A stretch of 64,000 nucleotides of DNA from Acidimicrobiia bacterium (GTDB lineage: Bacteria; Actinomycetota; Acidimicrobiia; Spongiisociales; UBA5794). Below are positions 17,363 through 25,752 of this stretch, one piece after another. Both the position numbers and the translations under genes were made by a program. Location: contig DATHZQ010000091.1 of assembly GCA_035458525.1 (NCBI GenBank), positions 70,201-134,200 of the forward strand. The letters run 5' to 3'. The notes beneath the pieces were generated by a model that worked only from the letters and a program-made list of their open reading frames with translations, was not told the origin of the DNA and did not search any database. Position 1 is the stretch's first letter. The number at the start of each line of letters is the position of its first letter.

Positions 17363-18061
17363 TCAGCCGGAGATCTCGAAGCGAAGTGCGACCCTCTTCG
17401 GAGTCACACCAACCACGGCGCTCGTCGCCGGAGCCGTCAGCGCAAACCGCTGGAACTCCACCAGCTCGAGGGGTGTACCGCACCACCGATTGCCCCGACC
17501 AACCGCGGCGACCGACGGCGACGGCCGGTAGTGGAGCGTCAGCCCGAGTTGCCAGATCGCATCGTCGTCCGCGTCGTGCTGGCACACCAGTTGCCGGGTG
17601 AGGCCGTATTCGAAGCTCGGCCCCTCGCCCCAGTCGTACACACCCCACTGCAAGAGCAGCATGTCCCCGTCCTCGTCGAGCGCAGCGTCTCCGATCCGCT
17701 GCGGCGCGTACCCGCTGCTCATCAGGGCAAGCGCACGACCGGCGTCGAGCGACTTCAGGTCGACTCCCCACGTCGTCGCAAAGCGCTCGAACGCAGCTCG
17801 GGCGCCGGCGACGTCGGCCGGCGGCAGCGCACGCTCGCCCGCAACGACCCGCCGCATCTCGTCTCCAGTGGTCACTGCCACGACCGGACCGGGGGCTTCG
17901 TGAGGAACCAGTGCGACGTGGTCCAACGACGAAACGAACGTCTCGCATCCGATGGGCATCACGAAGTAAGGCGCCACCGTCGCCAACTCGTGCATCACCG
18001 CCCACACCTCCTGACCGTCGGCGTGATCGAGCGTCAACCACCGATCCGTACACCTCGGCAC
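17363..18061 (-). CDS. Hypothetical protein; probably the distal part of a longer frameshifted gene that starts at 18191
   Basis: The sequence looks coding (WLTLDHADGQEVWAVMHELATVAPYFVMPIG...LLLQWGVYDWGEGPSFEYGLTRQLV). The upstream 130 nt also code well in another frame (MRFVIHLAPIPGVPFDAAGVHGVLDRHGARSDDGAIVITTGDGGAEVYG). The junction is near 18040. Confidence 0.55.
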   Translation of the reverse strand: MPRCTDRWLTLDHADGQEVWAVMHELATVAPYFVMPIGCETFVSSLDHVALVPHEAPGPVVAVTTGDEMRRVVAGERALPPADVAGARAAFERFATTWGVDLKSLDAGRALALMSSGYAPQRIGDAALDEDGDMLLLQWGVYDWGEGPSFEYGLTRQLVCQHDADDDAIWQLGLTLHYRPSPSVAAVGRGNRWCGTPLELVEFQRFALTAPATSAVVGVTPKRVALRFEISG

Positions 18062-18203
18062 CGCCGTCGCCAGTCGTGATCACGATTGCACCGTCATCGG
18101 ATCTCGCACCGTGCCGGTCGAGAACGCCGTGCACCCCTGCGGCGTCGAAGGGAACGCCGGGGATCGGGGCGAGATGGATGACGAAGCGCACGAGCGCAGG
18201 TCG

Positions 18204-19010
18204 TCAGCCGCCGGGACGCTTGTCGAGAAGCTGCGCCTGGTTGATGCGACCGATCGGCCCGTGCTCGTCGAAGACACGCGTGTCGGCGAGACCGATCCCG
18301 GATTCGTGCTGGTGAGCCGCCGACTTCATCCCGATCCAGTCACCCTCCGGCAGGCGGTGGGCGTAGAGCGTGATGTCGGGGTTAACGTAGATATAGGCGC
18401 TGGGATCGAGCGCCTGGGAGTTGCCGTTCGACATGTCGGCGACAGTCGCCAGCCGCACGAACGGGGACGGGTCTTCGCCTTCCACGACGGGGTGTCGCAG
18501 CCGGAACCATGACACGCCGGGGCCGGGCCGGAGGAAGCTGTCGCCGATCGACCGGATCTCGACCGCGTTGCGGTGGAATCGCACGATGTCGTCTCCGGCG
18601 AACGACCAGAAATCCTCGACGCGGATCGCCAACGAAGGACCAACCGGCTGTTCCCACGGCTCTCGATCGACGTCGGGAAGCTCGACGTCGGCGGTGCGGA
18701 TCTTGAGCCCGGTCGCCCGGCCGACCTCGACGTCATCGTGGGAGAGGATCGCCTCGACCACCTGGATGCGACGACCATTGCGCAGCACGTTCACCGAGAC
18801 AGAGAGCGGTTCGAGCGGAACCGGGCGAAACAGATCGATCGTGAACCGAGCAACCTGCATGGGCGCGCTCGTTTCGACCAGCTCGACAGCGCGCGCCAGC
18901 AGGCCCGACGGCGGGCTGCCGTGTTGCGCGTCGTCCGACCATCCGCCGCGAGTGAGCTCGGTTGGAACGAAGTGATCGCCGTCGAGTCGGAAGAGGGCTT
19001 CGTCGGTCAT
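18204..19010 (-). CDS. Acyl-CoA thioesterase (double hotdog, TesB-like family)
   Basis: Start at Met19 (MTDEALFRLDGDHFVPTELTRGGWSDDAQHGSPPSGLLARA), 21 nt after the upstream stop. The two-domain layout includes ...VSWFRLRHPVVEGEDPSPFVRLATVADMSNG. Confidence 0.75.
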   Translation of the reverse strand: MTDEALFRLDGDHFVPTELTRGGWSDDAQHGSPPSGLLARAVELVETSAPMQVARFTIDLFRPVPLEPLSVSVNVLRNGRRIQVVEAILSHDDVEVGRATGLKIRTADVELPDVDREPWEQPVGPSLAIRVEDFWSFAGDDIVRFHRNAVEIRSIGDSFLRPGPGVSWFRLRHPVVEGEDPSPFVRLATVADMSNGNSQALDPSAYIYVNPDITLYAHRLPEGDWIGMKSAAHQHESGIGLADTRVFDEHGPIGRINQAQLLDKRPGG

Positions 19011-19030
19011 GGAGCGCGCAGGGTACCGGC

Positions 19031-20317
19031 TCAGGTGAGCAGCTCGGTCCGGCGCTGCACCCAATCCGCCACGGCTGCCACGAACTCGCCGGCGTGGTCA
19101 TCGGTGATGTCGAGGCTCAGCGCGATGTAGCCACGCCTGGCCAGGTAGAAGCCGGCCTCGAGCATCTCGAGGAAAAAGAGCTCCTTGCTCGAGTCGTCAG
19201 CGCGGGTGAGGTCGGTCGGCGACCTCACCGGCCCCGCAACCGCATGGACGGTCATCAACGAGCCCCAACCGGTGACAGACATCGGCACCGCAGCGGCCGC
19301 GAACACCTCGTTCAGTCGCGCTCGTAGCTGATCGCCGCGCGCATTCAACGCGGTCAACCGGCCCGGCGTGGCGACGTGTTCCATCGCGGCGACGCCTGCG
19401 GTCATCGTGAAGGCATTGTTGTTGAACGTTCCACCGTGCGTCAGGGATCCGCCGTCGGACGAGAACGCCGCCATCACGTCCTTGCGTCCGCCGAACGCTC
19501 CGAAGCCGAGACCGCCGGCAAGGTACTTTCCGAGCGTCGTCATGTCGGGAGTGATGCCGAGCATCTCTTGCGCTCCGCCCCGGGCCAGGCGGGAGGTCAT
19601 GACTTCGTCGAAGATCAGGATGGCGCCGGACTCATGCGTTGCCGTGCGCAATGCCTCCAGGAACGCCGGATGTGCGGGAATACACCCACTGGCGCCCAGC
19701 ATCGGCTCGACCAGCACGCAGCCGATCTCCTCGCCGTGTCGGGCAAAAGCCTCGGTCACGGCGAGAGCGTCGTTGAAGTCGATCCGGACCCAGTCGTGGG
19801 GCACGAGGAGCGGCGCACCGGTGGGTCCGAAGTAGAGAACGCCGCCGTGATAGCCGCCGTTGCAGACGACCACCTTGGAACGCCCGGTGACGTGGAGCGC
19901 GGTGGCGATGGCCATGAGATTCGCTTCGGTGCCAGAATTCGTGAAGCGAACCTGCTCGACGCTGGGAAACCGTGACACCACGAGTTGTGCGAATCGGGCC
20001 TCCCGTTCATGCACGGCACCGAGCGACCACCCGGACTCGAGCACCTCGGTGACGGCATCGCGGACCGGTGCCGGGTCGTGACCCAGCAGGCCCGCCGAGT
20101 AGTTGCCCAGCAGGTCGACATAGCGATGCCCGTCGACATCCTCGATGTAGGCACCATGCGCACTCGCAACCCTGAACGGGTAGGGAGCGAAATCGAGCAC
20201 CGATCTTGTGTTCCCGCCCGGGAGAACCGCCGCCGCCTCGGCGGCGAGCGCTCGGCTTCGAGGATGCGCAGCTTCGTAACGCCGGCGGGCGTCCTTCACG
20301 GCCATTTCGAGACTCAT
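19031..20317 (-). CDS. Class III PLP aminotransferase (glutamate-1-semialdehyde aminomutase-like)
   Basis: LPGGNTRSV...HRYVDLLGNYSAGLLGH...RFTNSGTEANLMAIATA...ILIFDEVMTSR...TLGKYLAGGLGFGAFGG. Confidence 0.85.
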   Translation of the reverse strand: MSLEMAVKDARRRYEAAHPRSRALAAEAAAVLPGGNTRSVLDFAPYPFRVASAHGAYIEDVDGHRYVDLLGNYSAGLLGHDPAPVRDAVTEVLESGWSLGAVHEREARFAQLVVSRFPSVEQVRFTNSGTEANLMAIATALHVTGRSKVVVCNGGYHGGVLYFGPTGAPLLVPHDWVRIDFNDALAVTEAFARHGEEIGCVLVEPMLGASGCIPAHPAFLEALRTATHESGAILIFDEVMTSRLARGGAQEMLGITPDMTTLGKYLAGGLGFGAFGGRKDVMAAFSSDGGSLTHGGTFNNNAFTMTAGVAAMEHVATPGRLTALNARGDQLRARLNEVFAAAAVPMSVTGWGSLMTVHAVAGPVRSPTDLTRADDSSKELFFLEMLEAGFYLARRGYIALSLDITDDHAGEFVAAVADWVQRRTELLT

Positions 20318-20351
20318 GCCGACACGCTACCGCTGACCATTGCGGGGTGGC

Positions 20352-20365
20352 GGGACTAGCGTCCC
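20352..20365. promoter_or_regulatory. GGGAC-N4-GTCCC palindrome (DosR/NarL-type half-site arrangement) 20 nt upstream of the MBL lipoprotein gene
   Basis: gggactagcgtccc lies in the 68-bp divergent intergenic region. The core matches 12 of 14 positions of GGGACTWWAGTCCC. Confidence 0.3.
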
Positions 20366-20385
20366 ATGCTGAAAGGGAGGGAACC

Positions 20386-21231
20386 ATGGCGCGAAACCTC
20401 AACCGCAGATACTTCCTCGGCACCGTGGCGAAAGGCAGTGCCGCAATCGCCGTGTTCGGTACCGCAATGGTGGCATGCAGCGACGACGACGGCGGCGCCG
20501 GCCAGTTTGGCGATCCCCTCCCCGAGGGCTCCTCGACGACAAGCCTGCCAGATACCACGGCCGCGACTACAGATACGACCGCTGCGCCAACCACTACCAC
20601 GGCGGCAACCTCAGGCGGGGCTGGACCGACCACGCTCGAGCGGGTGTCCCTCGGATTCGTGTCGGCATACGTGCTCATGCGCAACGGCGAGGCAGCCATC
20701 GTCGACACCGGCGTACCGGGGAGCGAAGGGCAGATCGAGGCCGGTCTCGGCGCACTGGGGCTCGGGTGGGACGACGTCGGTCACGTCATCCTCACTCACC
20801 TTCACGGCGACCACATCGGCAGCCTGCCGGCCGTGCTCGGAGCGGCTGCAGGAGCCACGGGCTACGCCGGCGAGGCGGACATCCCAGGCATCGCGAGCCC
20901 GCGTCCGCTGACGCCGCTCGGCGACGGCGACCGGGTGTTCGACCTCGAGATCATCGCCACGCCCGGGCACACGCCGGGTCACGTCGCAGTCCTCGACCCG
21001 GTCGGTGGGATCCTCGTCGTCGGCGATGCGATGAACGGTGGCGATGCGATGGGGGGCCAAGCCGGAACCGTCGCCGGAGCGAACCCGCAGTTCACGCCGG
21101 ATCTCGTGGCGGCCGACGACAGCATCAGGAAACTGGCCGCATTCGACTTCGATGCGATCTACTTCGGCCACGGCGAGCCGGTGTTGGCGAACGCAAGCCA
21201 GCTGGTCGTCGACTTCGCCGCCGCGTTGTAA
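20386..21231 (+). CDS. Tat-signal lipoprotein, MBL-fold metallo-hydrolase
   Basis: An AGGGAGG RBS precedes MARNLNRRYFLGTVAKGSAAIAVFGTAMVAC (twin-Arg plus lipobox). A Thr-rich linker follows, then ILTHLHGDHIGS...TPGHTPGHV. Confidence 0.85.
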   Translation: MARNLNRRYFLGTVAKGSAAIAVFGTAMVACSDDDGGAGQFGDPLPEGSSTTSLPDTTAATTDTTAAPTTTTAATSGGAGPTTLERVSLGFVSAYVLMRNGEAAIVDTGVPGSEGQIEAGLGALGLGWDDVGHVILTHLHGDHIGSLPAVLGAAAGATGYAGEADIPGIASPRPLTPLGDGDRVFDLEIIATPGHTPGHVAVLDPVGGILVVGDAMNGGDAMGGQAGTVAGANPQFTPDLVAADDSIRKLAAFDFDAIYFGHGEPVLANASQLVVDFAAAL

Positions 21232-21242
21232 CGACGCGGCGA

Positions 21243-22160
21243 TCAGGGCAGCGGGACCTCGATCTCAGTGGCGACCGGGATCCCCAGCTCTGCCCGTGCC
21301 GTCAAGCGCAGTGTCGACGCCTCGTCCTGGTCGACCCGGAATCCGGGAGCCCAGAAGAACTCGATGGTGCCGGCACCGGCATCCGCGTCCAGCGAGCCGG
21401 ACCCACTGGCGTAGGAGTCGAACAACTCGCCCCCTTCGTCGAGCAGATCGGCGTCGAGCTCGACCACGCCCAAATCGGTCCCCTCGAGCCGCCACGCCGC
21501 ACCGCCGAGGAAGTTGCCGAGTTCGAGTTCGGTGATGACCACCGCGGTGCCTTCGGTGAGCTCCATCGAGATCGGCTCCTCACTCAGGAACGGAACGCCG
21601 GGCCACGCCAGCTCAACCTCGGCAGTGGCGGGTGAAGCATCCCAGCGCTCGACGAGTACCACCGACTCCGGTGCGGGATCGACGAACGGGAACTCGATGG
21701 AGAACACGCTCGGCCTGAAGACGTCGAAAACGGTCCCGACCGATGCGACGACCCCTTGGCCGGTGCGCATCTCCCATCGACCTCCCAATGGCCGCACGAC
21801 CGACGTGGCGTCCGCCCCCCGACGCAGCACCATCGTGACCGGCACGAGCATGCGATCGCCCAGGATGACCGGCGCTTCGGCACGCACCGCAACGTCGGTG
21901 GCGATGGCGACGTAGCCCTCGGGAAACGACTCCGACGTCTCGATCACCTCGGCGGCCGGGGGTGCACCGGGTGCCGTCGTGTCTACGGCGACGCCGGCAG
22001 CAGCCTCGTCGCCGGTTGCGACGACGAACCATGCGCCGATCACGATGCCGACCAGAAACAGCAGCGCCGCCCATCCCCAGGGACGTGCCGATGGATCGGA
22101 GGGATCGGGATCGAGCGGCGACCTGAGGATCTCAGCAAAGTCGAACTCGACGTCACTCAT
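21243..22160 (-). CDS. Single-pass membrane protein of unknown function (paralogue of the upstream gene)
   Basis: The ATG lies within ATGAGTGA and overlaps the upstream stop. MSDVEFDFAEILRSPLD...PWGWAALLFLVGIVIGAWFVVA contains the TM segment, followed by a beta-rich acidic ectodomain. It shares the LVP(V/I) and WE(M/L) blocks with its neighbour. Confidence 0.6.
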   Translation of the reverse strand: MSDVEFDFAEILRSPLDPDPSDPSARPWGWAALLFLVGIVIGAWFVVATGDEAAAGVAVDTTAPGAPPAAEVIETSESFPEGYVAIATDVAVRAEAPVILGDRMLVPVTMVLRRGADATSVVRPLGGRWEMRTGQGVVASVGTVFDVFRPSVFSIEFPFVDPAPESVVLVERWDASPATAEVELAWPGVPFLSEEPISMELTEGTAVVITELELGNFLGGAAWRLEGTDLGVVELDADLLDEGGELFDSYASGSGSLDADAGAGTIEFFWAPGFRVDQDEASTLRLTARAELGIPVATEIEVPLP

Positions 22161-22962
22161 CGGTTTCGCCAATCACGACCACGTCGGCGGCGATCGGCCG
22201 CCACGCCGGGTCGAGCTGGATCAACACGACCTCTCCCGGGGCTCCGGGCTCTTCCCAGATGAGTTGCACGTTGCTGGACTGCCCGAACCGGAAGCTGATC
22301 CGCCATCCCGGATCCTGGGTTCGGAAGGTCGCGAGCGAGTGCCCCGTCCAGGCCGCTTCTGTCGCCGTGCTGTCGAGCTGCACGATCGTGGACGTCGACT
22401 GTTCGAGCACCCGGTCGATCTCGACCGTGCTCCCGTCCGGGAATGATCCCGCAGCGCCCTCCTCGACCGGAAGCGTCATCTCGCCGCCGACCGGCACGGC
22501 GAGGCGCCAACCCGTCACGCGAACGGAGACGACGTCGGCGGCATCGACGTCGACCGGCACATCGAAGCGCACGACGGCGTCGTCGATCGTCGTCACGGCC
22601 TCGATGACCTGACCACCGTCCAGCGTCAGCTCCCAGAACTCAGGCTGTACAGGAAGCTCGTCGGCGAAGAGCTCATCCTCCTCATGACGCGCCGTCCAGT
22701 GGAGTGGGACGAGATCGAATTCCAGCTCCGCCGTGCCGTCACCAACCACAAACGAGATCGGAACCAAGACCGTTGAACGGAAGCGCACCCCGCCGTCCAC
22801 CCAAGGTGCTTCGACGACCACCGGGTCCACCGTGGGCGCAGTGGTCGTCGCCGGAGACGTGGTGTCCTCCGGCTCGTCACCCTCCACCCACGCGGCGGCC
22901 CCGCCACCGACGAGGGCGCCGGCTACAAGAGCGACGACCAGCCAGCCGAGCGACGTGCGCAT
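22153..22962 (-). CDS. Single-pass membrane protein of unknown function
   Basis: MRTSLGWLVVALVAGALVGGGAAAWV contains the TM segment. A Thr/Pro linker and an acidic beta-rich ectodomain follow (VLVPISFVVGDG..., FWELTLDGGQVIEAV...). Confidence 0.6.
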   Translation of the reverse strand: MRTSLGWLVVALVAGALVGGGAAAWVEGDEPEDTTSPATTTAPTVDPVVVEAPWVDGGVRFRSTVLVPISFVVGDGTAELEFDLVPLHWTARHEEDELFADELPVQPEFWELTLDGGQVIEAVTTIDDAVVRFDVPVDVDAADVVSVRVTGWRLAVPVGGEMTLPVEEGAAGSFPDGSTVEIDRVLEQSTSTIVQLDSTATEAAWTGHSLATFRTQDPGWRISFRFGQSSNVQLIWEEPGAPGEVVLIQLDPAWRPIAADVVVIGETDE

Positions 22963-23040
22963 ACCGCCATGGTACGGCGGCTATGGCGACGCACGCCCGA
23001 ATCGCACGGCCGAGCCACCTGCGGACTAGTTTCCCGAGGC

Positions 23041-23985
23041 ATGGTGCAACTCGGTGCGCATGTGGGTCAGCAGAACATGACGATGGACGACATGCGCTCG
23101 CTGTGGCGGAGACTGGACGAAGCGCGCTTGGACTGGATCTCGGCGTGGGACCACCTGTACGAGGTGCCGCCGGCCGGAGGCGGCCAGCCTCACTTCGAAG
23201 CGGTTGCGACGCTCGGCGCTTTGTGTGCAGAGACGTCGCACGCCCGGATCGGGTGCCTGGTGTTCTATGTCGGCTATCGGAACCCGGCCCACCTGGCCCG
23301 CATCGCCGTCACGCTCGATCACGTCAGCGGTGGCCGCTTCGAGCTCGGTCTCGGTTCCGGTTGGGCTGAGCTCGAAGCCCGAGCCCATGGCTACCCGTTC
23401 CCGTCGCTGCGTACCCGGATGGACATGGTGGATGAGGCCTTCCCGCTGGTGAGACAGATCCTGTCCCAAGAACGGACTTCCCACGACGGACGCTTCTACA
23501 CGACCTCGAATCTGTCGATGGAGCCGCGCCCGGTGCGCGGGCACATCCCGATGTGGGCGGGCGGGATCGGCGAAACCAGGACACTGCCCCTGGCGGCACG
23601 GCACGCCGATGGGTGGAACGCGCCGTACGTATCGCCTGGCGAGTTCGCCAGGCTCAACCGGCTCCTCGACGAGCGCTGTGAGGCTGTTGGACGCGACCCG
23701 TCGAGTCTCGAGCGCTCCGTCAACCTCATGTTCAATCTGGCGACCGACGCAGCCAAGGAGCATCTCATCGAGGAACAGCTCCGGGCGCAGTGGCGAGACA
23801 TGGCGCCGCGGGTGATGGGCGGCGCCCTGCTCGGCACTCCGGACCGTGCCGTCGAGCGGGTCCTCGCGTACATCGAAGCCGGAGCGGACGGCGTCAACGT
23901 CGCGCTGCGGTCGCCGGTCGACGAAGAAGCCCTCGAGGTGTACCTCAGCGATGTCGTACCTGCGGTACGGGCCGCTGCGCCCTGA
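23041..23985 (+). CDS. LLM-class (luciferase-like) F420-dependent oxidoreductase
   Basis: MVQLGAHVGQQN...WDHLY...LDHVSGGRFELGLGSGW...PMWAGGIGETRTLPLAARHADGWN is the typical LLM pattern. Confidence 0.85.
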   Translation: MVQLGAHVGQQNMTMDDMRSLWRRLDEARLDWISAWDHLYEVPPAGGGQPHFEAVATLGALCAETSHARIGCLVFYVGYRNPAHLARIAVTLDHVSGGRFELGLGSGWAELEARAHGYPFPSLRTRMDMVDEAFPLVRQILSQERTSHDGRFYTTSNLSMEPRPVRGHIPMWAGGIGETRTLPLAARHADGWNAPYVSPGEFARLNRLLDERCEAVGRDPSSLERSVNLMFNLATDAAKEHLIEEQLRAQWRDMAPRVMGGALLGTPDRAVERVLAYIEAGADGVNVALRSPVDEEALEVYLSDVVPAVRAAAP

Positions 23986-23990
23986 AACGA

Positions 23991-24344
23991 TCAGGCGAGC
24001 AGGAGCAGCTCGTCGGTGGATTGGAGTTCCTCGATCGCCTTGACGTACTCGCGCAGGACGGAACGGCGCAAGCAGTACCAGGTGCGGGGACCGTCCCTAC
24101 TGGCGAACACCACGTCGGCCTCGCGCAGAATGCGCAAGTGCTCAGAGATCGTCGATTGAGCGAGGTCGCACTCTTCAACGATGTCCTGCACCTTGTGGGG
24201 GTGACAGATACGGAAGAGATTGACGATCCGAACACGGGCGGGGTGGGCGAGCGCCTTGCCGATCTCGGCGATCCGAGCCACTGTCATGGGAGCGGGCTCG
24301 GGGAGACCCGCTTCGGTACAGGACGGGGTGGGCGCAAAGGTCAT
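23991..24344 (-). CDS. ArsR/SmtB-family metalloregulator-type repressor
   Basis: IGKALAHPARVRIVNLF....VQDIVEECDLAQSTISEHLRILREADVVFASRDGPRTWYCL. The true start may be Met20 (24287). Confidence 0.85.
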   Translation of the reverse strand: MTFAPTPSCTEAGLPEPAPMTVARIAEIGKALAHPARVRIVNLFRICHPHKVQDIVEECDLAQSTISEHLRILREADVVFASRDGPRTWYCLRRSVLREYVKAIEELQSTDELLLLA

Positions 24345-24346
24345 TA

Positions 24347-24362
24347 TGTGAATTGTTTCACA
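24347..24362. promoter_or_regulatory. Perfect TGTGA-N6-TCACA inverted repeat, site 1 (ArsR operator or CRP/GlxR-type site)
   Basis: tgtgaattgtttcaca lies 3 nt upstream of the longest ArsR ORF start. The extended form is TGTGAA-N4-TTCACAA. Confidence 0.55.
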
Positions 24363-24455
24363 AAGTGACCTGATCCGGCAGGCCCTTTGGCCCTTCCTGG
24401 CTGGTGCAAAGGTCCCTATCGCTTATCGACGATTCACGAAATGATGGCCCTAGAT

Positions 24456-24471
24456 TGTGAAATAGTTCACA
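24456..24471. promoter_or_regulatory. Perfect TGTGA-N6-TCACA inverted repeat, site 2
   Basis: tgtgaaatagttcaca lies 30 nt upstream of ATG 24501 of the membrane-protein gene. It has the same extended consensus as site 1. Confidence 0.55.
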
Positions 24472-24500
24472 AGACACTCACTCACCGAGGAGGAACACTC

Positions 24501-25199
24501 ATGATGGCCAAGCGACTGAGAATGCTAGGCACGGTCCTGGCGCTGATCGGGCTCGGCTTTATGGTCGCGGGCGTCGTCGCCTACACGCGAGTGCAGGACG
24601 GCTACGAATCGCTCCAGGCGTTCAGCGAGACGCAGAACGTCAGCCTGAGCTACAACGAGGATGGCCAGCTCATCGATCGCGGCACCACTGAGGGCGCCGA
24701 GGCGATCATGACGACGCTGACCGACGACTGGGGCTACCCGGTCAACGAAGCAGACCTCGACCCGAACGATCCCCTCGTGAACACGGCAAGCGAGTACATG
24801 TACCAGATGGCCACGATCGTCTACCACGTGATCCACGGCACGCAGACGATCGAGCTGACCGAAACCGTTGAGTACAACGGCGAGACCTTCGCCGCGGGCA
24901 CGTACGAGTTCGACATCGATGGCCGCTACTGGACCGACTTCGACCGCATGCATCCGCTCGAGGGCCCGGCACGCGGCCAGGCCTGGACCGGAACCGTGCA
25001 TGGCCTCGTTGGCGAGCTCGGTGTAGGCACCGTGACGCACTCCACCCTGCAGATGGGCTTGGCCCTGGCAGGCATCCTGGGCGCCATCGGCCTCACCTCG
25101 CTGCTGGCGGGCGGCGGCCTCTGGTGGGCAGGCCGTGAAGAGACGACCGTTGTTCCCGACACCGTCCCAGCCGACTGGAAGAAGGAGACCACCGTCTAG
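24501..25199 (+). CDS. Membrane protein with N- and C-terminal TM helices and a large extracytoplasmic domain (unknown function)
   Basis: A GAGGAGG RBS precedes MMAKRLRMLGTVLALIGLGFMVAGVVAY. The ectodomain includes WGYPVNEADLDPNDPLVNTASEYMYQMATIVYHVIHG. The C-terminal part is LALAGILGAIGLTSLLAGGGLWWAG. Confidence 0.65.
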   Translation: MMAKRLRMLGTVLALIGLGFMVAGVVAYTRVQDGYESLQAFSETQNVSLSYNEDGQLIDRGTTEGAEAIMTTLTDDWGYPVNEADLDPNDPLVNTASEYMYQMATIVYHVIHGTQTIELTETVEYNGETFAAGTYEFDIDGRYWTDFDRMHPLEGPARGQAWTGTVHGLVGELGVGTVTHSTLQMGLALAGILGAIGLTSLLAGGGLWWAGREETTVVPDTVPADWKKETTV

Positions 25200-25220
25200 G
25201 CATCCACAACCCTGGCATGA

Positions 25221-25246
25221 CTCGAGGCCCCTGCGGGGGCCTCGAG
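25221..25246 (+). terminator. Intrinsic-terminator-like hairpin after the membrane-protein gene
   Basis: ctcgaggcccc-tgcg-ggggcctcgag gives an 11-bp perfect stem. It is followed by tgcgtttgcgattc. Confidence 0.65.
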
Positions 25247-25422
25247 TGCGTTTGCGATTCTCATCAGTAACGGTATCGCCAAAGGACGCACGTTCACCGA
25301 TCTCCCGGCCCAGCCGCAGGTGGCGCAGCGCGGAGCTCTCCTCCAAGGTTCGGAGGTAGGCACCGGCGACACGGAGCCATTCGTTCGCGTACCGTTGAGG
25401 TGACCCCTCTCCCGGAGGCCCG

Positions 25423-25752
25423 ATGCTGCACGCACCCAATGTCCGACCACTGGAACGTCGCATCCACTCGATGCGCGCCGAAGGAATGTCCCTCGACGAG
25501 ATTGCTGCCCGGTTCGATCGGAGCCCCGATCACATCAGCCGCGTGATCGAGTGGAGTGCGATCCCGCGACCACAGCCGCGGACCGGCCGCGTCGCCGAAG
25601 CGATGGAACGCCGGGTGTTGCGACTCCGCTTCGCTGGAGAGACCCACGAACAGATTGGGACGCGGTTCCGCCGCAGCGCACGCTTCATCCGACAGGTCGA
25701 GGGCCTCGCCCACTATCGCCGCGGTCTCGAGCTGCTGACGGCACCCTCCTAG
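25423..25752 (+). CDS. Small protein made of two tandem sigma-70 region-4 / LuxR-like HTH units
   Basis: A GGAGG RBS lies 4 nt upstream. There is an internal duplication: LERRIHSMRAEGMSLDEIAARFDRSPDHISRVIEW and MERRVLRLRFAGETHEQIGTRFRRSARFIRQVEGL. Its TAG stop shares the palindrome CTAG with the convergent protease stop. Confidence 0.55.
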   Translation: MLHAPNVRPLERRIHSMRAEGMSLDEIAARFDRSPDHISRVIEWSAIPRPQPRTGRVAEAMERRVLRLRFAGETHEQIGTRFRRSARFIRQVEGLAHYRRGLELLTAPS

